Position numbers and translations under genes: made by a program. The notes beneath the pieces are model-generated. The model searched no databases and was not told the DNA's origin. It saw nothing but the letters and a program-made list of their open reading frames with translations. A DNA stretch of 64,000 nucleotides, taken from positions 496,001-560,000 of the forward strand of contig CM097885.1 of NCBI GenBank assembly GCA_044892525.1, read 5' to 3'. Shown one piece after another: positions 12,692 through 25,520 of this stretch. Source of the DNA: Schmidtea polychroa (taxonomy: Eukaryota). Position 1 is the stretch's first letter. Each line of letters starts with the position of its first letter.

Positions 12692-14723
12692 TATATATTA
12701 ATTAACTCATTTTTCATTGAATCAGTAAAATTATCATAAATTTCGATAAAAATTCTAATGTGGTAAGCAATGTAAAGAGAAATATTCTTTAAACTTTGAT
12801 AAAATTAACAATTAAGGTGGTAAGAATCATTAAAGTGAGGAAATTATTCATTACTCGATTCAAATGGGTGAAAATAATTGGTAGAATAATTCATTAATGG
12901 AGGTAAATAATGAGAAGTGGCATAGATAAGAAGAAGGTTGATAAAAATGTAAATATATTAATTGAATTTATTTAAAATTATTTCATAAAATTCATAAATT
13001 TAATAAAAAAAAAACTTTTAAGACAAATATTTGTGGGGAATAATTAATCAAAATCGGGGGGATATTAGTAATTAATTAATGGAAAATCGGGAATCGGGGG
13101 TAATATAGGGATTAAATAGTGGAAAATCGTGGGAATATAAGTGATAATAATTAGTGGGGTATTGAGAATCGGGGAATATAAGTGAGAAGGATATGTAATT
13201 TAAACTATTTTATTACATAACAAGCCGCGACTAGTTTATTACATAACAAGCCGTGACTAGTTTATTACATAACAATCTGTGAATAGTATTTTATTGAAAT
13301 TATTGATTAGGTCTTTTTTTTTTAATTTTTGAATAGGTACTTTAATACCTTAATAATTTAAATGTTTTGATTTACACTAATTAATTTCTAAATCAATTAC
13401 CCTTTTCAATCAATATAAGTTAATATTCAAATATAAGTCTTCGAAAATATAAATTTTATAAGTAAAGCTTTTTTAAATAAATTTAAATAAGAAATTAATT
13501 TATTACCAATTATATACTTTTAAACTTATTTATGGAATAAAACATTAGAAATAAAAAAGTTTTTGTTGTATAAGTACTTGCAATAATAGCTATATATTAT
13601 TAAATTTATCTACTAGATCTTATCTTATTAATTTATTATCTTAGTTGATTCAACTTGAATGATCAGCATTTTTTTTTTATTTATTGGATGATTAGAATTT
13701 TTTCTTGTCCATTAATTAAATTTTTATGATATTTATTTCGAATAATTTAAATTTTTTACAATAATTTAATCAATTTTTATCAAGTTATTGATGCCTTGAG
13801 TTCAATTAATTTTCCATCTAATTTTTCAAGTGATGAGTATTTGCTTTTAAAGATCAATTTGTTAGTACATAGTTGTTGGTTGTAAGTAGTTGGTTGACTT
13901 TTTAGATTTTGATAAGAAAATAGTGTATGTGATGAAGAGTATTTTGTATTTAATTGCTATTATTTTTATGTGTGGTTAGTTGATTGTTGGTACTAAGTTG
14001 TTGGTATCTTGTATATGGTAGTTGGTACAGTGTTGTTTATTGATTGTTGTTATATAGTTGTAGGTTGATATTTGTTAATTTCTCGATGGGTTTTGATGGT
14101 GGTTGTTAGTAGTTGGTATCAGGTAACTGGTTGTTAGTACTTAGTAGCTAGTTAATGGGTAGGTTGTGGTTGAGTGTTACCAATACCCCTACGACTAGTA
14201 CCTTTACGACCAGTACCCTTGCGACCAGTACCCTTACGACCTGTACCCTTACGACCTGTACCCTTAAGAGGTCAAAACATCCTGTCGGATAAACTCAGAG
14301 TATATATAATAAAACTGATCAACAATAAGTATTTATTGAATGCAATTTTTACATTGCAATAATAAGTCAGTAGTTATCATTTAAAAGAAGAATGTTTTGT
14401 AAATTAGAATTCATTAGTCTTTCATTGTAATTTAAATTATTTTGAATTTCACGTGGTGATGAGTTGTGGTTTTTTGATGAAAATCAACATTTTTGTTAAA
14501 TTTGAAAAGGTTTTTCTAATGATTGTAATTAAATATATATTTTTGTAGATGTATAAAAAATTAATTTAAAAAAATACATTTCATAAAATCAGTGAAGAAT
14601 ATTTAGTAGCTAGTTGTAAGTATCTGGTTGTTTGAGAGTTAGTTAGTACGTGGTATCATGTTGTAAGTATTTGTTAGCACCTAGTTAAAAAATAATCAGT
14701 AACCGATTGTTGGTAACTGTTGA

Positions 14724-14754
<31 letters not shown>

Positions 14755-15059
14755 CATTTAAATTTCCATTTAAATTTACATTATAAATTACATTTCTCAA
14801 AAATGTTGGTGGTTATTCAATCTTTTGATAATAAATTTAAAAATCTTAGTTTAATTTACTTAGTACATTAATTATTTAAAAATTATTACTTTAATTTACT
14901 TATTTAATTTAAAATTTGAACCTTAATTTACTTTTTTAAAAATTATTACTTTAATTTACCTAATTATTCTTTATTTCTTAATTTTACACCATAATTTACT
15001 TAACAACTAATTATAACCCTTATTTTCATATTTAACCAATAATTTCATGTGGTCATCTG

Positions 15060-17650
15060 CTTGTAAGTGTTTGGTATCTAGTTGACAGTGCTTATTACTA
15101 GGTAAGTTACTTGGTTGTTAGTACTTGGTATCTAGTACCTGGTTGATGTTGGTTGTATGTACTTGGTATCTAGTTGTTAGTAACTAGTTGTAGGTAATTA
15201 ATGCTTAGTAGTTGGTAACTGGTTGTTAGTACTTGGTAGGTGGTTGTAGGTACTTAGTATCAGGTAACTGGTTGTTAGTAACTAGTTGTAGGTACTTAGT
15301 AGTTGGTTGATGATGCTTAGTACCTAGTTATTGTCGGTTGTTAGTGTTTAGTATTTAGTTGTTAGTACTTGGTTGATAATGCTTAGTGTCTGGTTGTATG
15401 TACTTGGTATCTAGTTGTTAGTAACTAGTTGTAGGTAATTAATGCTTAGTAGTTGGTAACTGGTTGTTAGTACTTGGTAGCTAGTTGGTATCTGGTACCT
15501 AGTTGTTGTTGGTTGTATGTACTTGGTAGTTAGTTGTTAGTAACTAGTTGTAGGTACTTAGTAGTTGGTTGATGATGCTTAGTACCTGGTTATTGTCGGT
15601 TGTTAGTGTTTAGTATTTAGTTGTTAGTACTTGGTTGATAATGCTTAGTGTCTGGTTGTATGTACTTGGTATCTAGTTGTTAGTAACTAGTTGTAGGTAA
15701 TTAATGCTTAGTAGTTGGTAACTGGTTGTTAGTACTTGGTAGCTAGTTGGTATCTGGTACCTAGTTGTTGTTGGTTGTATGTACTTGGTAGTTAGTTGTT
15801 AGTAACTAGTTGTAGGTACTTAGTAGTTGGTTGATGATGCTTAGTACCTGGTTATTGTCGGTTGTTAGTGTTTAGTATTTAGTTGTTAGTACTTGGTTGA
15901 TAATGCTTAGTGTCTGGTTGTATGTACTTGGTATCTAGTTGTTAGTAACTAGTTGTAGGTAATTAATGCTTAGTAGTTGGTAACTGGTTGTTAGTAACTA
16001 GTTGTAGGTTGATAAGGCTTAGTACCTGGTTGTTGACGGTTGTTAGTCCTTGGTATCAGGTAACTGGTTGTTAGTATCTAGTTGTAGGTTGTAGGTACTT
16101 AGTAGTTGGTAATTAATGCTTAGTAGCTGGTTGTTAGTATTTAGTTGTTTGAGACCTAGTTGTTAGTATCTAGTTGTAAGTATCTGGTAACTAGTTGGTT
16201 GTTGGTACTTAGTAGGTGGTATCTGATACCTGTTTGGTTGCTTGTTTTTGGTTGTTAGTACTTGTTAGGTGGTTGTAGGTACTTAGTATCAGGTAACTAG
16301 TTGTTAGTAACTAGTTGTAGGCACTTGGTATCTGGTAATTTGTTGTAGGTACTTCGTTGTTTTTTGTTGTTAGTACTTAGTAGTTGGTTGTAGGTACTTG
16401 GTATCAGGTAACTGGTTGTTAGTAACTAATTGTAAGTACTTGGTAGCAGGTAACTAGTTGTTAGTAACTAGTTGTAAGTACTTGGTAGTTGGTAGTAAGT
16501 ACTTGGTTGATGTTTGTTGTAAGTACTTGGTATCTAGTACCTAGCTGGTTGTTTTTGGTTGTTAGTACTTAGTAGTTGGTTGTAAGTATTTGGTATCAGG
16601 TAACTGGTAGTTAGTAACTAGTTGTAGGTACTTAGTAGTTGGTTGATGATGCTTAGTACCTGGTTATTGTCGGTTGTAAGTACTTGGTATCTAGTACCTA
16701 GTTGGTTGGTTGTTAGTAACTAGTTGTAGGTACTTGGTAGCAGGTAACTGGTTGTTAGTATCTAGTTGTAGGTTGTAGGTACTTAGTAGTTAGTTGATGA
16801 TGCTTAGTACCTGGTTGATGTTGGTTGTAAGTACTTGGTGTCTAGTTGTTAGTAACTAGTTGTAGGTAATTGATGCTTAGTAGTTGGTAACTGGTTGTTA
16901 GTATTTAGTTGTTTGAGACCTAGTTGTTAGTACTTGGTAGCTAGTTAATGGGTAGGTGGTTGTATGTACTTAGTAGCAGGTAACTGGTTGTTAGTACTTG
17001 GTAGTTGTAGGTATCTGGTTGTTAGTACTTGGTAGTTGGTTGGTTGCTGTTAGCTGGTTGTAGTTAATTAATGCTTAGTAGTTGGTAACTGGTTGTTAGT
17101 ACTTGGTAGGTGGTAGCTAGTTGGTTGTTTGTTTTTGGTTGTTAGTACTTGGTAGTTGGTTGGTTGCTGTTAGCTGGTTGTAGTTAATTAATGCTTAGTA
17201 GTTGGTAACTGGTTGTTAGTACTTGGTAGGTGGTAGCTAGTTGGTTGTTAGTACTTGGTAGGTGGTAGCTAGTTGGTTGTAGGTAGCAGGTAACTGGTTG
17301 TAGCTAGTTAATGGGTAGGTGGTTGTAGGTACTTAGTAGTTGGTAATTAATGCTTAGTACCTGGTTGATGTTGGTTAATAATGCTTAGTACTTGGTTGTT
17401 GTCGGTTGTGAGTACTTGGTATCTAGTACCTAGTTGGTTGGTTGTTGTTGGTTGTGAGTACTTGGTATCTAGTTGTAGGTTGTAGCTAGGTAATTGGTAG
17501 GTGGTTGTATGTACTTGGTAGTTAGTTGTAAGTACTTGGTACCTAGTTGGTTGGTTGTTTTGTTGTATGTACTTGGTAACAGGTAACTGGTTGTAGGTAT
17601 CTGGTTGGTAATACATATTCGTAAGTTACTGGTTGTTGGTACTAAGTTGT
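15060..17650. repeat. G/T-rich satellite (reverse complement of the 8325-9010 satellite), degenerating rightwards
   Basis: GTAATTAATGCTTAG spaced about 241, 262 and 262 bp apart, then scrambled GGTTGTTAGTACTTGGTA words. Confidence 0.92.
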
Positions 17651-17849
17651 TGATTTGTTGTTGAATTATTATTAAAATTTGACTTTGAAAAATATTTCAT
17701 AAAAATTTCCATTAAAAATTACTTAAAAAATTATTTCATAAAAATTTCCATTAAAAATTACTTAAAAATTATTTCATTAAAATTTTCATTAAAAAATTTC
17801 AATTCTCAAACACCTTCAACTTTTTGTAATTAAATTTTTAAAATCTTAC

Positions 17850-18435
17850 TTTAATTTACTTATTTAAAATTTTTTACCATTGATTACTTAATATAAAAAT
17901 TATTACTTTAATTTACTTATTTAAAATTTTTTACCATTGATTACTTAATTTTAAAATTTGGACCTTAATTAACTTATTTAGACCATAATTTACTTTAATT
18001 TAATTTTTAGAACCATTATTTACTTTAATTTAATTTTTAGAACCATTATTTACTTTAATTTAATTTTTAGAACTATTATTTACTTTAATTTAATTTTTAG
18101 AACCATTATTTACTTTAATTTAAAAATTTGAACCTTAATTAACTTTAATTTAATTTTTTAGAACCATAATTTACTTTAATTTAAATTTTTGGATCATTAT
18201 TTACTGTAATTTAATTTTTTAGATCCATAATTTACTTTAATTTAAATTTTTGGACCATAATTTACTGTAATTCAAAAATTTTGGCCATAATTTACTGTAA
18301 TTGAAAAATTTGAGCCATAATTTACTGTAATTTAATTTTTTAGGACCATTATTTACTTTAATTGAAAAATTGGGACCATAATTTACTGTAATTTAATTTT
18401 TTAGGACCATTATTTACTTTAATTGAAAAATTTAC
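17850..18435. repeat. ~30-bp tandem repeat (CCATAATTTACTTTAATTTAATTTTTAGAA); related arrays at ~20880-21285, ~23560-23790 and their duplicates
   Basis: Near-identical consecutive units at 17980-18130. Confidence 0.9.
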
Positions 18436-19190
18436 CACGTTTTTAGTGTAGACCACCTATTTCTCAGGACCAAGGAGACTCACCTCACTATAGTCTGAAA
18501 AATCCTTGGCTTTTTTAGTGTAGACCAGCTTTTTGTATTGAAAATATCCTGAGACCTTAAATTACCATGCTTTTTTAGTGTAGACCAGCTTTTTGTATTG
18601 AAAATATCCCGAGACCTTAAATTACCATGCTTTTTTAGTGTAGACCACCTATTTCTCAGGACCAAGGAGACTCACCTCACTATAGTCTGAAAAATCCTTG
18701 GCTTTTTTATTGATAGTAGGATTTTTGTATAGAAAAAAATTTTTTGTATTGAAAATCCCAGGACCATCGAGACCCCTTCACTATAGCGTGAATAATCCAG
18801 GCTTTTTTATTGGTAGTCGGATTTTTGTATAGAAAATTTTATTTGTATTGAAAATCCCAGGACCATCGTTTTTGTATAGAAAAATTTTTTTTGTATTGAA
18901 AATCCCAGGACCATCGAGACCCCCTTACTATAGTGTGAATAATCCATGCTTTTTTAGTGGTAGTCGGATTTTTGTATTGAAAAATTTTTTTTTGTATTGA
19001 AAATCCCAGGACCATCGTTTTTGTATTGAAAAAACTTTTTTGTATTGAAAATCCCAGGACCATCAAGACCCCTCACTATAGTCTGAAAAATTGCGTAATC
19101 AAAAGTTGCAGCAAAAAAATTACGGCAGCAGAACCCCCCCCCCCCCCCGGGGGGGGGGTCATTGCTGCCGTAGGCTACTATCTACCTACT
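18436..19190. mobile_element. Second candidate Polinton terminal repeat (right end) with internal repeats
   Basis: Repeats of TTTTTAGTGTAGACCA and TTGTATTGAAAATCCCAGGACCATCG, then a C15-G10 hairpin. Ends GGCTACTATCTACCTACT| (5'-AGTAG on minus) exactly where a pPolB-like relic is cut. Confidence 0.5.
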
Positions 19191-19916
19191 TCCAACTCCT
19201 TCCTAACTCAGTAATATTAGTAATTTTCTCATTTAATTCTTTAATGCCTTCATCAAAAAATGATGCAGTTAAAGGCTTTGCATAATTTGAGATATTATTA
19301 ACCCTTATTTCCCCGTCTTTTTCAAATTCGATTGTTATTCCGAATTGAATTTTGACGGAGCCTTATTCGTTAATAATATCTCGTAATTTTATTATTAGTT
19401 GTTCAGGAAATATTACTTCTTTTATATTTAGGTCGCTGTATTTAAGCTTAATATTTGATGGGTACCTCTTAAATCTCTTTGTACTGTCGGTACATTTCCA
19501 CCTATTTGTATTATATTTAATCCATCCCAAGAATCAAAGGAAGTGAATAATCCATCATTGGATTCAACAACAAATCCGACCTGCGATTCAACAAAAGGCC
19601 ATCCGACCTGGGATTCAACAACCAATCCATCATTGGATTCAACAAAAGACAATCCGACCTGGAATTCAACAAAAGACAATCCAGCCTGGGATTCAACCTC
19701 TAATCCGACCTGGGATTCAAAAGAAGAAGTATCTAATTTAATTTTTTTATTTGTATTATTTTTTTCTATAGTTGAGGGTCTTTTAAAAACACTATCTTTT
19801 TTAAAATTAAACCTATCTAAATGATTTTTATGTTTATTATAAAAAACGCTAGTCTTACATACGGGACATATAAAATAAGTTTTATTATAATATTTTTTCG
19901 TGTAATAATTCTCCAT
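19191..19916 (-). pseudogene. Decayed N-terminal region of a Polinton-type pPolB (Zn finger, repeats, pre-exonuclease region)
   Basis: ORF 19428-19916 has CPVC...H..H. A shifted frame continues IINE*GSVKIQFGITIEFEKDG...IKELNEKITNITELGRSW, resembling the 'E.GSGW' region upstream of Polinton pPolB exonuclease domains. Confidence 0.55.
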
Positions 19917-22224
19917 TATAGAATGGCAATTATTATCATGTTCTTTCGATGAACAATAATTTGGATAAAGTATACCTATAAAATAAAAATTTAATAAAAA
20001 TATATAATTTAAATGAAATATTTTAATAAATGTTTACGCAAAAATTTGCAAATTATTATTATTTTACAAATTTTATTTACTAAAAAATAAAAATTTACTA
20101 AATTAAAAATATTAACATTTACTTATTTAAAATTAAAAAACCAATCAATAAAAATGCATCCAATTATCAAGAAATTAATTAAATTTATCTTAGAACTAAC
20201 TTAAAATTTTTAAATATTCATTCTGTCCACATGAAATTCATGAAAATGATAAAAATTCACAAAAACCATCAACTCTAAAAAAAAAATTACTAAGGAATAC
20301 CTTAAACACAAATATTTATCTAAATAATCTTTCAAATTAATTCATTAAAATTGAAGACAACACGCTCTATTTCGTCATTACATTCAATTAAAATTAAATA
20401 AATCAAGATAAGAACTTTGATAAAAAATATTATTCTAAAATGGTAAGAATTAACACTGTAGTGTTAAATGAAAAGGTAATTATTCTTTAAATCTAATTAT
20501 AATTATAATCATAATTTTCTTTAATTTAACCGTTTATTTACTTAATTTAGTCCTTGTTTACCGAATATAGAAGTTTAAAATATAGACCATTGATTACTTT
20601 AATTTAAAAATGTATCCCTTAATTTAAATAATTTCCATCTAAAATTATTTCAAAAAAATTTTTTTTCTAAAATTGTCATTGAAAAATATTTCATAAAAAT
20701 TTTCATTAAAAATTATCTTAAAAATTATTCCATAAAAATTTCCATCTAAAATTACTTAAAAAATTATTTCATAAAAATTTTCATTAAAAAATTTCAATTC
20801 TCAAACACCTTCTATTATTTTGTTAATAAATTTAAAATCTTACTTTAATTTGCTTATTACATTACTTATTTAAAAATTATTACTTTAATTTACTTATTTA
20901 AAATATTTGACCATTGATTACTTAATTTAAAAATTAGGACCTTTATTAACTTTAATTTAATTTTTTAGAACCTTAATTTACTTTAATTTTAAATTTTGAC
21001 CTTTAATTAACTTTAATTCAAAATTTGGACCTTAATTTACTTTAATTGAAAATTTTAGACCTTAATTTACTTAATTGAAATTTTAGACCTTAATTTACTT
21101 AAGTTTAAAAATATATACCATAATTTACTTTACTTTTAAATTTTAGACCATAATTTACTTAATTGAAAATTTTAGACCTAATTTAATTTAAATGAAAATT
21201 TTAGACCTTAATTTACTTAATTGAAATTTTAGACCTTAATTTACTTAAGTTTAAAAATATATACCATAATTTACTGTAATTGAAAAATTCGAGCGACTAA
21301 TTTATTGGTTAACTTTGCAGTCATATAAAGCAAAAATTAATTTATTCATCTAATGTTCGTTACAATAGTTAATAATATGAGAAAAATATGGTCATTATTC
21401 ATTGATAATTTTAAATTCTTTATCATTTGGAGTAAATTTGTTTGAGGCAAAAATAATTAAAAGAGTCATAATAGAAATATGGTTATCATTTAACCAATTA
21501 ATGGGCTTATTAGTTAGAAATATATATATTATAAAGTAACAATTATTTTCTAATTTAATTAGTAGATCATTAGACGTAATATATCTTTGCGAGAAATTTA
21601 AAATGTTTGAGTAACCAAAACATGGATATTTTGTGCGATAAATTTATGAATATTGGTTGATTTTGTTATTTTTAGTCATTTAAAATAATATTTAGGAAAG
21701 GTAATTTAGCAAAATATCGTTGTAAGATTTATCCACCCGATAACAATATTCCTTCAATAGATTAACTGATATTCAACCTATTTAATTTCTGGAAATATAA
21801 TTAAAATCATAAATTTCCTTCAATAAAGTTAAATCAAAAACGCAAGAGACGATCAAGCAAATCAAGAATTAAAAAATAAACACATTGCAGAAACAGAATT
21901 TATATAAAGTCAAACCCTGACTCCTCCAACAGATTCAAGTCTAAATAAAATTCAATCAAAAGCAATAACACTGGTAAGTAGGACTCCAACCCACTTTCAA
22001 GGTCATGAAATATGTCCAGATCAAATATAGGTCAATTGAATCATTTATTTTTAAATTAACATTTTCTTTATTTACTTCTTTTTAATTTTTTCTTTTTAAT
22101 TATATTAATTAATTATTTTATTTTGTTTTATTTTAATTCCTTACTTTAGTTAATTTTTAATTTATTACATTAATTAATTTCTTAGTTTATTAATATTTTA
22201 TTTTAATTACTTACGCTATTTAAA

Positions 22225-22297
<73 letters not shown>

Positions 22298-22996
22298 TAT
22301 TTTATTTATTTCTTTATTTTTTCTTAAATTTTACATTTACATTATATTCTAACAAGAGAGTTAATTATAACAATAATATTTCAATTTGTATAAAATTTTA
22401 ATTAGTAATTATTCAATTTGAATAAAATATTTATTAGAAATTATTTAATTTATTATAAAATAAAACGCTGTGTTAATTTTAAATAAACTGGATATTAATT
22501 TTTTGGAAAAAATAAATAAATAAAATAGTCTAAAAGGTTAAATTATGGTCTAAAATTTAAAATTTAAAAATTGAAAATTGAAAATTAATATCTAAACTAA
22601 TCAAACTAAATCAAACGCTATAACCTTAATTCAAGAATTCACTAAAGTAGATCAGAAGATATTAATTATCAAAATGTAACAAAGACTCTGAAATTCATCA
22701 AATTTATCTAATGACCTGGTGATATTCAATACCATTCTCAAGAATGCTAAAGTCGGGAATTCTTTGAATTTAACAAATAAATAAAAAATTAAATAAAAAA
22801 TTATTGTTGATTATAGTTTATCATTAATTATTTTTTTGTTAGGGGTTGTAAAGAAAATACTTTGTCAACACAAGATTTTTAAACTTATTAACAAAAAGTT
22901 GGAATAATAGTCAGTAATTGAGAATTGAAATTTTTTAATGAAAATCTTTAATAGAAATGTTTTAAGATAATTTTTAATGATAATAAAAAGAAAGAA

Positions 22997-23272
22997 CCTT
23001 ATTTAATGCTATATCCTCTATAGCACTTAAAAAACTCTCGACGCAATCTAAACCTATGAACTGTTGATAAGATTTAGATCCATCAAAGTTATTTACAAGT
23101 AAAAGACCAGAAGATATTGGCATGTGTCGTTTGAAATGAACATTATCAGAAGGTAAAATAGCCTCAAAATCGGCATCAACTACAAAAGGAGGAGTTACTG
23201 TTTTCGACCAGTCAGTAAACTGTAATAATTTATTTTGAGGGAAGGTGTAAATAGTTGTTCCTAACTGATTTT
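22997..23272 (-). pseudogene. pPolB exonuclease-I fragment (not in the ORF track)
   Basis: Manual translation: NQLGTTIYTFPQNKLLQFTDWSKTVTPPFVVDADFEAILPSDNVHFKRHMPISSG...FIGLDCVESFL, matching the PFVVYADFE-type ExoI motif. Confidence 0.8.
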
Positions 23273-24559
23273 TTATGTGTTTAGTTAATGTTTATATGTT
23301 TTGTTATGTGTCTAGTTATTTTTATGTGTTTAGTTAATTTTTATGTGTTGTATAGTATTTGGTTGAAATAATAATATTATTATTAATCTATAAAAAAAAA
23401 TTTCATTAAAAAAATTTACTTAAAAATTAATCCACTAAAATTTTCGTTGAAAATTATCTTAAAAAATTTTTATTAAAGATTTTCATTAAAAAATTTTTCA
23501 ATTCTTAATTACTGACTATTATTCCAACTTTTTGTTAATAAATTTAAAAATCTTACTTTAATTTTCTTATTACTTTAATTAAAAAATTTGAAACTTAATT
23601 TACTTATTTCAGCCCATTGATTACCAAATATATCTATTAATTTACTTTAATTCAAAAATCTTAGCCCATAATTTACTATATTTCAATTTTTAGACCCTTA
23701 ATTTACTGTAATTCAATTTTTGAACCATCATTTACTTTAATTTTAAATTTAAGAACCATAATTTACTTTAGTTTAAAAATTTGAACCTTTATTAACTAAT
23801 AAAAGTTAAATTATCATTTTCAATTAATATTTTACAAACATAAAATTACAATATTTGAAATTCTAAATATCTCTATTAACATGTTTGCAATTAATTTTAA
23901 AAATACAAAAATTTTACAAAATTTTCAAATTGAATATTAAATATTTTTTTAATTTGCATTTGATAATGTTTATTCTTAATAAGATTTTCCCATGAGAAAA
24001 TTCATATTTGTTTAAATGCAAAACTTTAAATTTAATTCTATAAAAAAAAATTATTTTTCAAGACGTCTAAAAGCTCTAGGACAAGAAGAAAATACAGTTT
24101 AGAAAGGTAGTGAGTGAATTTCCTAATGAATTACAGAAGGGTATAGGACAAAGTTCCAGTTCTCTATTCTCAATTTATCATCAATCAGCAGCAACATTGA
24201 CAAAGTTTATCTTAAACAAGCTGCAAATTTATATATAAAATTACATAAAGATTGTTGATAAATTGTTAAAGTTTTAATAATATATTTCGAATAATAAAAA
24301 TTTCCCTTGATAAAATTCTGAATATGAAATAAATATTAAAAATTATATTAAAATTTAAAACTGTAAAAATTTTAAATTTTATTTATAAATTTCATTTTTA
24401 AATTGTTTTATTAATCAATTTATTAGAAAATAATCTTAATGAAGCATTTTAAGTATTATTTTAGTTTTAACTAATTTTTCTAAATTTTATTTAAATTTAT
24501 TTTTGTAGTCGTTTATGATATGGAGGCCTTTAAGCAGTTAGTCTTAGTTAACGTAGCTC

Positions 24560-25520
24560 TCTTTGCTGGAAATAATACAAATTACCTTTTACCTTGACTG
24601 CATTGATGGAGGTGCTACTCGTCATGAACCTACCTCATGCAGTTATCCATTTGTATGCCGAATGTCCTTTACCGTCAAACTTCCTGTGGCTTCGTCATAA
24701 TCGTTCTTATTGGTCTAACAATGTACCGCACTACGTCGATCCCTCTTATAAGGTTTCTGAATTTCAACATTTCGCTCTTATCATAGCCCATTTTTGACTG
24801 CTTTGGTGACAACATTAGAGTGCCTTCTTTTATTTTTTACCTTTTTAGGATCTGACCTTCACAGTGGATACATAAAGATTTTCAGCAAAAGCCTCAGCGA
24901 TATGTCCTTGTAATTTCATTTATTTCCATTTTCAGCGTAGATTAGACTAGTAATGTCGTGTAATTCTGAACACTTCTCATGCTTTCTTTCTTTATTTTCA
25001 ATTTCTAGTTTATTATTTACATCCATCATTTTTATTTTTATTCTGATATTGCATTTATTATTTCTATGTAGATAGTTTAATACCTAAATCGGTATTCCTT
25101 ACTAAATCGAAAGGTTTAAGCGGTCCTTACACATGCATCATACTGATCCCAGTTGGTGTATAAAATAAACTGCATTGATGAAGGTTCGAACCTTCATCAT
25201 TTTCTCTCTTGCAGTCAGTCATTTGTGTGGACCTTGTATTTCTTTGTCTTTTTTGCCAGATCCTCTATCTCAGTGGTAGATAATCCTTAGTATTGTGTAT
25301 ATTTACTTTACCAATTTACTTTTACCAACTGTGCTTTAACAGCTTCGTACTCGGCCAGTGAGCTTATCCTTTCATCCCTGCACTCTTCAATTCGCCTATC
25401 ACGCTTCGCAAATAGAACCTCTGCTACTTGTTTGAATCCTTTCTGTGCATTCGAACCCCAACGGCAACTACTTACTCTTGCCGCTAGTATCTTTTTAAGT
25501 GTCCTAGTTAAAACTGAGCA
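24560..25520 (-). pseudogene. Heavily deleted, diverged R2-like retrotransposon relics (copies at ~34797-35757 and ~54387-55347)
   Basis: 25340-25520 aligns in pieces to the RT ORF (CCTATCACGCTTCGCAAATAG; TTCTGTGCATTCGAACCCCA). Linker-like peptides FMTSSTSINAVKVKGNL and MMKVRTFINAV. Confidence 0.65.

Larger units (their letters stand above)
8328..15742. repeat. Large inverted repeat: arms ~8328-10290 and ~13751-15742, ~3.46-kb spacer
   Basis: 10241-10290 is the reverse complement of 13751-13800. Identity continues outward; the right arm has two extra 15-bp units. Confidence 0.96.

Noticed and set aside
14174..14362. ORF with PVPLR repeats
   Set aside because: Translation of the 15-bp subterminal DNA repeat.
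15060..17650. Telomeric repeat array
   Set aside because: No regular TTAGG/TTAGGG/TTAGGC unit; it is a complex satellite.
18436..19090. CRISPR-like appearance of interspersed repeats
   Set aside because: The spacers are themselves repeated, there are no cas genes, and the context is eukaryotic.
17347..19285. Short ORFs in satellite and terminal repeats
   Set aside because: Repeat-derived; no protein motifs.
25175..25200. Hairpin GATGAAGGTTCGAACCTTCATC as a ribozyme or terminator
   Set aside because: No hammerhead or HDV core seen; it lies in a degenerate R2 linker-coding segment.
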